From: an uncultured delta proteobacterium
GTDB lineage: Bacteria > Myxococcota > Myxococcia > SLRQ01
Length of the DNA: 64,000 nucleotides
Assembly: GCA_963727485.1 (NCBI GenBank)
Contig: CAVSGM010000001.1
Location: 1,056,001 to 1,120,000 of the forward strand
Direction of reading: 5' to 3'
Shown one piece after another: positions 31,081 to 41,207 of this stretch. Below the pieces are notes generated by a model. That model made no database searches. It saw only the letters and a program-made list of their open reading frames with translations, and had not been told where the DNA came from. The stretch's first letter is position 1. Every line of letters begins with the position of its first letter. Both the position numbers and the translations under genes were made by a program.

Positions 31081-32052
31081 ATGGCCAGCGACCCCCGGCT
31101 CCGCGCGCTCTGCGTCGAAGGCAATCCGCCGTCCCTCGGCGCCCTGCCGGCGCTCCTCGGCGAGGCCGGGTTCCAGGTCGACCGGGTGAGCTGGGAGGGC
31201 GCCCCCCACCGCTTCGCCGAGCGCGCCCCCGACCTGGTCGTCCTCCAGGGCGGCGGCCCCGGCGAGGGCTGGGAGTCCGTCCTCGACCAGGCCCGGGCCC
31301 TGCGCGACGGGGAGGTGTTCGTCCCGGTGATCCTCCTCGCCCCCCGGGGCTCGGTGACCCTTCGCATCCAGGGCCTGCGCCGGGGCGCCGACGAGTGCGT
31401 CGACCCCGACGGCGACGCCGAGGAGACCCTGGCCCGGGTCGAGGCCCTGATGCGCATCAAGGACATCCAGGACCGGATGATCCAGTCACGCCGGGACCTC
31501 AAGGACCGGGCGGTGGTCGACGCCCTCACCGGGGTCCTCGCCCGTCACCCCCTCCACGAGCGGTGCCGGGAGGAGCTCCACCGGGCCCGGCGCTACCATG
31601 ACCCCCTCTCGGTCCTCCTCGTCGATCTCGACGCCTTCCAGGACTTCAACGCCCACCACGGCGAGGGCGCCGGGGACGCGGCCCTCAAGGTGGTCGCCGG
31701 CCTCCTCAAGGAGGCCCTCCGGGACATCGACATCGTGGGCCGGCAGGCCGGAGACACCTTCTGCGTCCTCCTCCCCAGCACCCACCTCTCCGGGGCCCTC
31801 ACCGTCGCCGAGCGGGTCTGGCGCTCGGTCGCCGCCCACGCCTTCGGGGCCGGCGAGACCCGGTCCCGGATGACCTGCTCCATCGGCATCGCCTTCTTCC
31901 CCGCCCGGGGCGTCACCAGCCACGAGGACCTGCTGCGGGTCGCCCAGGAGGCCCTCCACCGGGCCAAGCGCGAGGGGAAGAACCGGATCTGCCTCTACCA
32001 GGCGGCCCACTATTTCTACCAGCCGAGTGACCCGGAACCGGGTACTGGCTGA
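31081..32052 (+). CDS. Degenerate REC + degenerate GGDEF protein
   Basis: DALTG, DLDAFQDFN, RDID I-site, active site AGDTF, CSIGIA, AKREGKNR; the receiver lacks the phospho-Asp (LVVLQ). Confidence 0.85.
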   Translation: MASDPRLRALCVEGNPPSLGALPALLGEAGFQVDRVSWEGAPHRFAERAPDLVVLQGGGPGEGWESVLDQARALRDGEVFVPVILLAPRGSVTLRIQGLRRGADECVDPDGDAEETLARVEALMRIKDIQDRMIQSRRDLKDRAVVDALTGVLARHPLHERCREELHRARRYHDPLSVLLVDLDAFQDFNAHHGEGAGDAALKVVAGLLKEALRDIDIVGRQAGDTFCVLLPSTHLSGALTVAERVWRSVAAHAFGAGETRSRMTCSIGIAFFPARGVTSHEDLLRVAQEALHRAKREGKNRICLYQAAHYFYQPSDPEPGTG

Positions 32053-32190
32053 CCCAGGGGTGTAGAATGACCCGGCGGGCGGCGACCGGCCCCGGGTGAT
32101 CAGGGACCCGCAAGTCCCTGAAAACGGGTCCTCCGGACCCCAGGGGAAGAGGAACCCGGGCTGGCGCGCCGATTGCTCCGCTCTCGGCCC

Positions 32191-33751
32191 ATGATCCCTC
32201 CCTCCAGCGACCCCGCGTCCGGCACCCCGTCCTGTCCGGGGCTGCGGCTCCTGCTCGTCGACGACGAGGACCGGATCCTCCGTTCCCTGCGGCGCAGCCT
32301 CCGGCGGACCGCCGAGGAGGTCCTCACCGCCCCGAGCGGGGAGGCGGCCCTGGCGATCCTCTCCGAGGATCCTCGGGATCCAGGTCATCGTCTCCGACTT
32401 CCGGATGCCGGGGGTGGACGGGGTGGAGCTGCTGCGCCAGGTGAAGGAGCGGTGGCCGGCGATCCAGCGGATCATGCTCACCGGCTACGCCGACCAGCAG
32501 GCCATCGAGGACGCCATCAACCGCTCGGAGGTCTACCGGTTCATCGCCAAGCCCTGGGACGACGGGCACCTCCAGATGACCGTGGTCAGCGCCTACGAGC
32601 AGTGGCAGCTGGTCGAGGAGAACGCCCGGCTCTTCCACCTCACCCAGGCCCAGAACCAGACCCTCGAGGCCAAGGTCGCCGAGCGAACCCGGATGCTCTC
32701 GCTGGCCAAGGCCGAGTGGGAGCTCTCCTTCGACGCCATCGCCGACCCCCTGGCGGTGGTGGGCGCGGACCGCCGGGTGAAGCGCGCCAACCTGGCCTAC
32801 GCCCGCGCCGCCGGGGTCGAGGTCCAGGCCGTCCCGGGCCAGCCCTGCCACCAGGTGCTCTTCGGTCGGGACACGCCCTGCGAGGGCTGCCGCCTGGGCG
32901 AGGTGCTGCGCACCGGGGAGCAGAGATCGTTCCACTGCGCCGCCGACGAGGACCGGCACTACCGGGTCGACGCCTACCGCCTCCCCCCGGACCCCGAGGG
33001 CGGCGACCGGGCGGTGGTCTACTACCGCGACGTCACCGAGGAGGAGCGGATCACCCGCCAGCTCGTCCAGACCGAGAAGATGGCGGCGGTGGGCCAGCTC
33101 GCCGGGGGCGTGGCCCACGAGATCAACAACCCGCTCGCGGGGATCCTCGCCTTCGCCCAGATGATGCGCACCGATCCCGGGCGCAGCGCCGACGACGACG
33201 AGCAGCTCGCCCTCATCGAGGACTCGGCGCGGCGCTGCACCCGGATCGTCGAGTCGCTCCTCCACTTCAGCCGCACCTCCAGCAGCGAGACCGAGGGCAC
33301 CATCGACGTGGCCCGGCTCTTCCACGACGTGCAGGTCCTCTCGGGCCCGGTGGTCAAGGGCCTGCCCGTGGACCTCGAGTTCACGGTGGCCGACGACCTC
33401 CCCGAGGTCGCCGGGGACACCAACCGCCTGGAGCAGGTGGTGATGAACCTGGTGACCAACGCCGCCCAGGCCCTCGAAGGCCGGGGTCGGATCCGGGTCC
33501 TCGCCGCCCCCACCGGGGACGGCCTGCGGATCACCGTCGAGGACAGCGGCCCCGGGGTCCCCGACGACCTCGTCGCCCGGATCTTCGATCCCTTCTTCAC
33601 CACCAAGCCCGAAGGGGAGGGCACCGGCCTCGGCCTCGCCATCTCCTACCGAATCGTCGAGGCCCACGGCGGAACGCTGGCCGTGGGCACCTCCGAGGCC
33701 CTGGGTGGGGCCTCGTTCACCATCGACCTGCCCGCCGGAGGGACCCCATGA
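32191..33751 (+). CDS. Hybrid REC-PAS histidine kinase, with +1 frameshift near 32373
   Basis: LLLVDDE...AILSEDP in one frame joins [16 protein letters not shown] in the next; [26 protein letters not shown]. Confidence 0.85.
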
Positions 33752-35220
33752 ACGAACTCGCCCTGGACACGCACCGCGACGCCGAGCTCCCGACCTTCCA
33801 CGACCTCGGCCTCGCCCCCACGGTGCTGGTGGTCGACGACGAGCTGGTGGTCCTCCGGGCCCTGGAGAAGCTCCTCACCCGCGCCGGCGCCCGGGTCATC
33901 ACCCTCGACAACGGGCTGGAGGCGGTGCGCACGGCGCTCGAGGAGGGCGTCGAGGTGGCGCTCCTCGACATCAAGATGCCCCACGTCGGCGGCCTGGAGC
34001 TCCTCGACGAGCTCAAGGACCGGCGCCCGGACCTCGAGGTGGTGATGATGACCGCCCACGCCACCGTGGCCACCGCGGTGCGGTCGGTGAAGAGCGGCGC
34101 CTACGACTACCTCACCAAGCCCTTCCCCGACGTGAACGAGGTGGTGCAGGTGGTCCACCGGGCGGTGGAGCACCGGCGCCTGGCCCAGCGCAACCGCGAG
34201 CTCGAGGACGCCCTCGAGGCCAAGGACAGCTTCGAGGGCATGGTCGGGGTCTCGCCGTCGATGCGCGAGGTGTTCGAGATGGTGGAGAGCGTCGCCTACT
34301 CGACGAGCACCGTGCTCATCACCGGGGAGAGCGGCACCGGCAAGGAGATGGTCGCCCGGGCCCTCCACAACCGCAGCCCCCGGGCGAGCCGGGCCTTCAT
34401 CGCCATCAACTGCACCGCCATGCCCGAGACCCTCCTGGAGTCCGAGCTCTTCGGCCACGTGAAGGGCGCGTTCACCGGGGCGGTGGCCCAGAAGAAGGGC
34501 CTCTTCGAGGCGGCGAACGGCGGGACCCTCTTCCTCGACGAGATCGGCGATCTGCCCCAGACCATCCAGGCCAAGCTCCTGCGCGTCCTCCAGGAGGGCG
34601 AGATCCGCCGGGTGGGGAGCAACGAGACCAGCCAGGTGGACGTACGGGTGGTCGCCGCCACCCACGTGGACCTCGACGCCGCCCGCCGCGACGGCCGCTT
34701 CCGCGAGGACCTCTTCTACCGGCTCAACGTCATCCCCATGCACCTCCCGTCGGTGGCCGAGCGCCGGGAGGACATCCCGCTTCTCGCCCACCACTTCCTC
34801 CGGCGCTTCGTGGCCCGGGAGAAGAAGCGCATCACCGGCTTCACCCACGGGGCCATGGAGGTCCTCACCGGCTACCGCTGGCCCGGGAACGTCCGCGAGC
34901 TGGAGAACGCGGTGCAGCGGGCGGTGGTGCTCTGCCGCGGCGACTCGGTGGACGTCGCCGAGCTCCCCAAGAACGTGGTCCACGCCTCGGAGACCGGCCC
35001 CTCGCCCGAGGCGGCGGCCCTGGCGCGGCTGCCGTTTGCCCAGGCCAAGGAGCTGGCGGTGGAGGCCTTCGAGAAGCGCTACCTCGAGGCGGTGCTCCGC
35101 CGCGCCGACGGGAACATCTCCGAGGCGGCGCGCCTGGCGGAGATGGATCGGTCCAACTTCCGGCGGGTCCTCAAGCGCTACGAGCTCGACGCGGCTCGCT
35201 TCGCGACCGGAAAGGGGTAG
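33748..35220 (+). CDS. NtrC-family sigma-54-dependent response regulator
   Basis: GGAGG RBS; LVVDDE, LDIKMP, GESGTGKE, GAFTGA, FLDEIGD, WPGNVRELEN, Fis-type HTH. Confidence 0.95.
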   Translation: MNELALDTHRDAELPTFHDLGLAPTVLVVDDELVVLRALEKLLTRAGARVITLDNGLEAVRTALEEGVEVALLDIKMPHVGGLELLDELKDRRPDLEVVMMTAHATVATAVRSVKSGAYDYLTKPFPDVNEVVQVVHRAVEHRRLAQRNRELEDALEAKDSFEGMVGVSPSMREVFEMVESVAYSTSTVLITGESGTGKEMVARALHNRSPRASRAFIAINCTAMPETLLESELFGHVKGAFTGAVAQKKGLFEAANGGTLFLDEIGDLPQTIQAKLLRVLQEGEIRRVGSNETSQVDVRVVAATHVDLDAARRDGRFREDLFYRLNVIPMHLPSVAERREDIPLLAHHFLRRFVAREKKRITGFTHGAMEVLTGYRWPGNVRELENAVQRAVVLCRGDSVDVAELPKNVVHASETGPSPEAAALARLPFAQAKELAVEAFEKRYLEAVLRRADGNISEAARLAEMDRSNFRRVLKRYELDAARFATGKG

Positions 35221-35229
35221 GATTCGGGT

Positions 35230-36204
35230 GTGCCACGGACCTGCCTCGTCATCGACGATTCCCTCACCATCCGCCGCGGCCTGAAGCTGGCCCTCGAGCG
35301 CGCGGAGCTCTTCGACACCCTCCTCGAGGCCCCAGGTGGCGCCGAGGCCCTGGATCTCCTCGCACCCGGTGGCGACCGGGAGGCGGGCCCGGTGGTCGAC
35401 CTGGTCCTCTGTGACCTGGTGATGCCCGGGATCGACGGCTTCGGCTTCCTCGACGCCTTCCGGGCCCACCGCCAGGACACCGACGTCCCGGTCATCGTCC
35501 TCACCGGCCAGGAGACGGTGGAGAAGAAGGTCGAGGCGCTGGACGCCGGCGCCGCCGACTACCTCACCAAGCCCTTCGACCCGGCGGAGCTGGTGGCGCG
35601 GGTGCGGGTGCACCTGAAGGTCAAGCACCTCCGGGACGAGCTCAAGGCGGCCAACGCCCGGCTCCAGGCCCTCTCCACCACCGACGCCCTCACCGGCGCC
35701 GCCACCCGGGCCCACTTCCTGGAGCAGCTCGAGACCGAGCTCGGCCGCGGCCGCCGGCACAACACCCAGGCGGCGGTCCTCCTCCTCGACGTGGATCACC
35801 TGAAGGCCGTGAACGAGACCCACGGCCAGGCGGTGGGCGACCGGGCGCTGGCCGAGGTCTACGAGGTCCTGCGCGCGAGCCTCCGGCGCCACGACGCGGT
35901 GGCCCGCTACGGTGACGCCACCTTCGCGGCGCTCCTGCCCCAGACCGGCCGGGCCGAGGCGGCGGCGGCGGCGGAGAAGCTCCGGGCGGCGGTGAGCCAG
36001 CACGACTTCGCCGAGGCCGAGAGCGTGCCCCTGACCATGAGCGTGGGGGTGGCGACCTTCCCCGACGCCGGCATCGACGACGGGGACACCCTGCTGCGCC
36101 GGGCCGAGGACGCCCTCTTGCGCGCCAAGGAGATGGGGCGCGACCGGGTGGTGATGTGGCTCGGCGAGCTCGACCAGGCGGCGGCCGTGGCGCTCCAGGT
36201 GTGA
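35230..36204 (+). CDS. REC + degenerate GGDEF (PleD/WspR-like) protein
   Basis: LVIDDS, CDLVMPG, TKPF; DALTG, RRHD I-site, active site GDATF. Confidence 0.88.
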   Translation: MPRTCLVIDDSLTIRRGLKLALERAELFDTLLEAPGGAEALDLLAPGGDREAGPVVDLVLCDLVMPGIDGFGFLDAFRAHRQDTDVPVIVLTGQETVEKKVEALDAGAADYLTKPFDPAELVARVRVHLKVKHLRDELKAANARLQALSTTDALTGAATRAHFLEQLETELGRGRRHNTQAAVLLLDVDHLKAVNETHGQAVGDRALAEVYEVLRASLRRHDAVARYGDATFAALLPQTGRAEAAAAAEKLRAAVSQHDFAEAESVPLTMSVGVATFPDAGIDDGDTLLRRAEDALLRAKEMGRDRVVMWLGELDQAAAVALQV

Positions 36205-36223
36205 GCGGCCGCCGCCTGCGCGT

Positions 36224-38371
36224 CTACTGCACCGTCGGGATCACCGGGGCGCAGCGCAGGGCGATGCCGTCGAGGACCGAGCCCGCGTGCACGCTGACGC
36301 CCTTGGCGACGGTGCCCTGGGGACAGTCGGCGGGACCGAAGGGGGTGCCCGCCAGGGTCCCGACGGTGGTGATGCCGATGGAGGCCGGGTCGTAGCCCAC
36401 GGTGAAGCCGGCGGTCGCGTCGCCCGTGAACGCCAGCGGCGCGCAGTGGACCATGGCCTGCTGGACGAAGGTCCCGTGGAAGGTGCCGGTCCCGGAGCCC
36501 TGGGTCCCGCCCAGACCCACGATGGTCTCGCCGCTCGGGCAGGAGAGGGTCTTGGTGGAGGTGCCGGGGTAGCTGCCCCACGCGCCGGTCGCCGGCAGCC
36601 GGGCGCCGGCGGAGGTGGAGACGGTCCAGCCACCGTTCCCGTCCGAGGTCACCAACACCGTGCCGCACTGCACGCTCACCTGGGTGAGCTCGCCGGTGAA
36701 GTCGGCGGCGTTGGCGACCGAGGCCGTGAGGCTGACGGGCACCTGGCCCGCCGGGCAGTCGTGGAGGGCAACGGTGCCCCCGGTGCCGCCGCCGGCGGGC
36801 GCGGTGGTCGTGGTCTGCAGGGTGGGCGTGCCGCAGGTGAGGCCGAATCGGTCGAGGACGTCCCCGGAGCCACCGGTGATGCCCCGGGCGACCATGCCCG
36901 CGGGGCAGTCGGCCTCGGGCACCGCAACGGGGGCGTCGGTGCCGAGGGTGGTCGCGGCGGTGGTGGTGCCGATGGCGACCCCGAAGCCGGCGGCCTTGGA
37001 GCCCGTCACGGTGAGGGGGGCGCACTGGAGCGTGATCTCGGTGACGTAGGCGCCGGTGCCGGTGAGGTGGGCGCCCGAGTAGCCGACGACCACATGGTCG
37101 GTCGGGCACAGGTGCGTCTCCACGGGGCCGGTGTTCGTGGCGTAGGCCCCCTGCCCCCCGGTCGCCGGCACGGTGGCGCCGGCGGCCAGGGTCACGGAGG
37201 TGCCCGAGACGGTGGGGATCCCGCAGATCACCGCGACGTGGTCGAGGGGACCGCTATACGCGGCCCCGGTGCTGACCTGCCCCTGGATGCCGATCGGGAC
37301 CTGGCCGAGGGGGCAGTCGTCGGTGTAGGCGCTGCCACCGGGGCCGCCCTCCGGCGACGTGGCGTCGGTGTCCGCGACCACCACGGTGGTAGGCCCGCAA
37401 TCGCCGATGTAGCCGCTGGTGCAGGCGCCCGTGGTGCACACGTCGCTCCAGGAGCAGACGTTCCCGGTGAGGCACGTGGTGCCGTCGGTCACCGGCGTCG
37501 CGGCGCAGGTGCCGGAGGTGGCGTCGCACATGCCGGTGTTGCACTGGTCGGAGAGGCCGGTGCAGTCCACCGGGTTGCTGCCGACACAGGTGCCGCTGCC
37601 GTCGCAGGTGTCGCTCTGGGTGCAGGCGTCGCCGTCGTCGCAGGCGGTGCCGGCGGCGACGGGCGTGGCCACGCAGCTGCCGATGGTCGGGTCGCACGCC
37701 GCGGTGTTGCACGCGTCCGCCATGGCGGAGCAGTCCATGATGGTCCCGGCGCAGGTGCCGCCGGTGCACTGGTCACTGGTGGTGCAGGCGTCGCCGTCGT
37801 CACAGGTGGTGCCGTCGGCCACCGGCTGCGCGGTGCAGCTGCCGGTGGTCGCGTCGCACACGCCGGTGTGGCACTGGTCGGTCATGCTGGAGCAGTCCAC
37901 CGCGGTGCCGGCGCAGGTGCCGCCGGTGCACTGGTCGGCGGTGGTGCAGGCGTCGCCGTCGTCACAGGTGGTGCCGTCGGCCTTCGGCTGCGCGGTGCAG
38001 CTGCCCGTGGTGGCGTCGCACACGCCGGTGTTGCAGGCGTCGGTCAGATTCGAGCAGTCCACGGCGGTGCCGGCGCAGGTGCCGCTGGTGCACTGGTCAG
38101 TGGTGGTGCAGGCGTCGCCGTCGTCGCAGCTGGTGCCGTCGGCCACCGGCTGCTTGGTGCAGGCCCCGGTCTTCGGGTCGCAGGCGCCGGTGTTGCACGC
38201 GTCGGTCATGCTGGAGCAGTCCACGCCCGCACAGAGGTTGGTCTGTCCGCCGTCCGTGCCCCCATCGGATCCACCGCCCGGGCCCGTGGCGCTTCCGGGG
38301 CAGCCCGTGCCCAGGGTGAGGAGGAGACCTGCCACGACGAGGGGGAGCACGAGACGGGGGTGGGGGATCAT
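36224..38371 (-). CDS. Cys-rich repeat lipoprotein with duplicated C-terminal beta-prism/lectin-like domains
   Basis: Lipobox GTGC; ~5 copies of a 54-aa CDDGDACT..DQC..GTC.GT.VDCS...D.CNTG.CD..TG.C repeat; two C-terminal GG.GG...CP.GQVP...CP...G....G..LD modules. Confidence 0.85.
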   Translation of the reverse strand: MIPHPRLVLPLVVAGLLLTLGTGCPGSATGPGGGSDGGTDGGQTNLCAGVDCSSMTDACNTGACDPKTGACTKQPVADGTSCDDGDACTTTDQCTSGTCAGTAVDCSNLTDACNTGVCDATTGSCTAQPKADGTTCDDGDACTTADQCTGGTCAGTAVDCSSMTDQCHTGVCDATTGSCTAQPVADGTTCDDGDACTTSDQCTGGTCAGTIMDCSAMADACNTAACDPTIGSCVATPVAAGTACDDGDACTQSDTCDGSGTCVGSNPVDCTGLSDQCNTGMCDATSGTCAATPVTDGTTCLTGNVCSWSDVCTTGACTSGYIGDCGPTTVVVADTDATSPEGGPGGSAYTDDCPLGQVPIGIQGQVSTGAAYSGPLDHVAVICGIPTVSGTSVTLAAGATVPATGGQGAYATNTGPVETHLCPTDHVVVGYSGAHLTGTGAYVTEITLQCAPLTVTGSKAAGFGVAIGTTTAATTLGTDAPVAVPEADCPAGMVARGITGGSGDVLDRFGLTCGTPTLQTTTTAPAGGGTGGTVALHDCPAGQVPVSLTASVANAADFTGELTQVSVQCGTVLVTSDGNGGWTVSTSAGARLPATGAWGSYPGTSTKTLSCPSGETIVGLGGTQGSGTGTFHGTFVQQAMVHCAPLAFTGDATAGFTVGYDPASIGITTVGTLAGTPFGPADCPQGTVAKGVSVHAGSVLDGIALRCAPVIPTVQ
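37480..38230 (-). repeat. Intragenic tandem repeat with ~162-bp period
   Basis: GTGCAGGCGTCGCCGTCGTC recurs at ~37620, 37782, 37944 and 38106. Confidence 0.9.
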
Positions 38372-38496
38372 GGCTCACTTCTACATCAATTTCCTTGAGA
38401 CATGACAACCCTTGAGTCCCCCGGCTCCGCGCGGCCGTGACTTCGGGAGACCGATGCCTAGTCTCCAGTTGAACCCGACCCGGACGGAGGTCCCGC

Positions 38497-39756
38497 ATGA
38501 CCCACGACACCGCCGCACACGCGTCGGAGATCCGGGACGCCCTGCAGACGCTGGCCAAGCTGCCGGCCGGGGCCCCGGTCGTCTCCGCCTACCTCGACAC
38601 CCACTGGGACGACGAGCAGCAGCGCGAGCGCCTGCGCATCGAGGTGAAGCACCGCGTGCAGCAGATCCGCGACGCCTACCAGGGTCACCCGGACGAGGCC
38701 GGCCTCGAGGCCACCCTCGTCGAGCTCGAGCACCACGTGGACGGGCTGGTGAACCAGGCCGACGACGCCGCCACCGACTTCGACGGGGTGGCGATCTTCG
38801 CCTCGGTGCCCCGGGCGCTGTGGATTGTCTACCGCAGCCGCGTCCCCTTCGAGACCGCGGTCACCGTCTCCGACCGCCCGAGGCTCCAGCCCCTGGCCCG
38901 GCTCCTCGACGACTACCAGAGCGCCTTCGTGGCCCTGGTGGACCCGCGGCGGGTGCGGATCCTGGAGATCGCCCTGGGCGGGGTGGTCGACGCCTCGACC
39001 CTGGAGACCGACTTCCCCCAGCACGTGCAGCTCGGGGGCCACGGCCACGTCCACGGCGCCGGCTCCCCCCGCGGGGGCGCCCTGGCCCAGATCCAGTACC
39101 AGCGCTACCTCAAGGCCCTGAAGACCCAGAACCTCAAGGAGGGTGCCGAGCACCTCCGGCGGCTGATGGTCCACGTCCCCGGCGCCCACCTCATCCTCGG
39201 GGGCGACGCCGAGGCGATGGCGCTCTTCCACGACCAGCTCTCCGCCGACCTCGCCGAGCGGGTCATCGACCGCACCCGCCTCGACGACAACGAGCCGGCC
39301 CACCGGATCCTGGCCCGGGCCCTGGAGATCCTCGAGGACCACGCCCGGGTCCAGGAGACCGAGGGGGTCGACGCCCTGGTCGGCCTCGCCCTCTCGGGGA
39401 ACCTCGGGGTCCTCGGCCCGGAGGACACGCTCATGGCCCTCTCGGAGGGCCGGGTCTACAAGCTCTTCCTCGACGACGCCGAGGACCTGGGCAACGGCAC
39501 CCGGTGCGCCACCTGCGACGCGATCTTCGGCAAGGCCCACCCGGGGTGCCCCTACTGCGGCGGGGTGCTCACCACCGTGGACCTCGCCGAGGAGATGGTC
39601 CACCGGGCGCTCGCCCAGGACGCGGAGGTGGACCACGTGAAGCGCTCACCGCGCCTGGCCCACTTCGGGGGCATGGGGGCCCTGCTGCGCCACGGGCGCC
39701 AGCCGATCAGCGCCGGCCTGGGGCACGCCGAGCACGTCTCCCCGACGGCGCTGTAG
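38497..39756 (+). CDS. Bacterial archaeo-eukaryotic release factor (baeRF, Vms1/eRF1-like) with Zn ribbon
   Basis: GGAGG RBS; VVSAYLD, GVAIFA, PRLQPLARLLDDY, GG..AQ..YQR loop, LILGG, eRF1_3-like GPEDTLMALSEGRV..L, CATC...CPYC. Confidence 0.82.
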   Translation: MTHDTAAHASEIRDALQTLAKLPAGAPVVSAYLDTHWDDEQQRERLRIEVKHRVQQIRDAYQGHPDEAGLEATLVELEHHVDGLVNQADDAATDFDGVAIFASVPRALWIVYRSRVPFETAVTVSDRPRLQPLARLLDDYQSAFVALVDPRRVRILEIALGGVVDASTLETDFPQHVQLGGHGHVHGAGSPRGGALAQIQYQRYLKALKTQNLKEGAEHLRRLMVHVPGAHLILGGDAEAMALFHDQLSADLAERVIDRTRLDDNEPAHRILARALEILEDHARVQETEGVDALVGLALSGNLGVLGPEDTLMALSEGRVYKLFLDDAEDLGNGTRCATCDAIFGKAHPGCPYCGGVLTTVDLAEEMVHRALAQDAEVDHVKRSPRLAHFGGMGALLRHGRQPISAGLGHAEHVSPTAL

Positions 39757-41092
39757 GCTTCTTGGGGGCACCGTCCGCGGCCTTGGCCGGCGCCGCCCCG
39801 GCGCTCGCCGGCGCCTGGGTGGTGGGCAGCGACCCGGTGTCGTGGAGGCGCACCCCGCGGATGGTCCCGTCGTACCAGGCCATCACCGGGTGCCCGTCGG
39901 CGCCGGGGGCCAGCACCAGGTACGAGCTCATGGCGGCGCCGGCGACGTCGTAGCGCTTCCACCCCTTGGTGAGGTCGCCGTGGGCGTCATCCCGCACCAG
40001 GTAGCGGACGGTGGCGCCCTCGAGGCCCTCGTGGGGGAGGTACTCGTAGGCGAGGATCACCTTTCCGTCCTTGGCCCGGACCACGGCCATGGTGTTGGCG
40101 TCGTCGACCAGGGGCGTGATCTCCCAGGAGCCCGGGTCCTTGCCGGGCCGGGCCATCCGCAGCTGCCGCTTGAGGAGCGCCAGGTAGATGATCACCGGCT
40201 TGCCCGCGTCGTCGAGGAAGACGCCGCTCTTCCACCCGGCGTTGTCCTTGCCGGTGATCTTGTCGACCTTCCACTTGTCGGCGCCGTGCTTCCGGGTGGC
40301 CAGGCGCAGGTCGGAGTTGAACACGTCCCAGTTGGCGTACGACAGGTACCGGGTGCCGTCCTTGGCCCGGGCGTAGCCGAGCACGATGGAGTGGGAGCCC
40401 CCGGCCTTGGGGTCGACGACCCGGTGGGTCCAGGTGGCGTGGACGCCCGCGGCGGTGGGCGGGCGGACGGCCTCCACCAGCTGCTGGTTGCTGGCGTAGT
40501 AGAAGGCGTGGAGGGTGCCGTCGGGATCGGCGACCAGGTGGTCGGCCATGCCAATCTCGGGGCCGTTGTCGATCATCTCGAACATCCAGCCCTTGGCGCC
40601 CTGCCAGGGGGTGCGCGGGTCCTTGGGGTCGACCTTCCCGGGGCCGGCGAAGGTGGCGTAGAGGAGGCGCTGCTTGTCCTGGTTGTAGTAGACGATGCTC
40701 GGGCGGCCCCTCGGGCCCACGGCGATGGCGGTGTACTTCCCCACGGCGCCGTAGGTGTCGACGCGGGTCACGGCGAAGTGGTCGCCGTCCCAGACCGCGT
40801 AGTGGAGCTCGCCGTTGTAGGCGTCGGTGTACGAGAGGTAGGGGCGGCCGCTGGCGTCGAGGGCGAGGCCGGGCCACCAGCCGAGGTCGCCGTCGCGGGG
40901 GGGCACCGAGAGGTCCGAGTGGACCATGGTGCTCCCGCCGGCGTCCCCCTCGGGGAAGGCGGCCTCGACGATCCGCGTCTTCCCCGGCGCCGGGTGGCCG
41001 GCGCGCTTGGGCGCCTGCTGCTCGCAGGTGCACCCCGACCAGCAGAGGGCGGCGACGAGGGGCACGAGGAGGAGGCGCGGCCGGGGTCCCAT
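39707..41092 (-). CDS. Hypothetical lipoprotein, beta-propeller-like
   Basis: Lipobox WSGC; repeated blades LALDASGRPYLSY...L.YA, IAVGPRGRPSIVYY...L.YA. Confidence 0.8.
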   Translation of the reverse strand: MGPRPRLLLVPLVAALCWSGCTCEQQAPKRAGHPAPGKTRIVEAAFPEGDAGGSTMVHSDLSVPPRDGDLGWWPGLALDASGRPYLSYTDAYNGELHYAVWDGDHFAVTRVDTYGAVGKYTAIAVGPRGRPSIVYYNQDKQRLLYATFAGPGKVDPKDPRTPWQGAKGWMFEMIDNGPEIGMADHLVADPDGTLHAFYYASNQQLVEAVRPPTAAGVHATWTHRVVDPKAGGSHSIVLGYARAKDGTRYLSYANWDVFNSDLRLATRKHGADKWKVDKITGKDNAGWKSGVFLDDAGKPVIIYLALLKRQLRMARPGKDPGSWEITPLVDDANTMAVVRAKDGKVILAYEYLPHEGLEGATVRYLVRDDAHGDLTKGWKRYDVAGAAMSSYLVLAPGADGHPVMAWYDGTIRGVRLHDTGSLPTTQAPASAGAAPAKAADGAPKKPTAPSGRRARRAPGRR

Positions 41093-41207
41093 GACCCGCA
41101 CACATACCACGGGCGGGGGCCGGCGGCGCTTGACGCAGCGCGTCCCGGACTCTAAATCCCAGGGGCTCGGGTGCCCCAGGCGGTGCCCGCAGCCGGGAGA
41201 TACCAAC

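Noticed and set aside
32173..35220. 1015-aa ORF suggesting a giant REC-EBP fusion
   Set aside because: Produced by the frameshift near 32373; the EBP has its own RBS and ATG at 33748.
37480..38230. Regularly spaced repeats as a possible CRISPR array
   Set aside because: The period is 162 bp, in frame, with conserved 'spacers' inside a lipoprotein gene; no cas genes are present.
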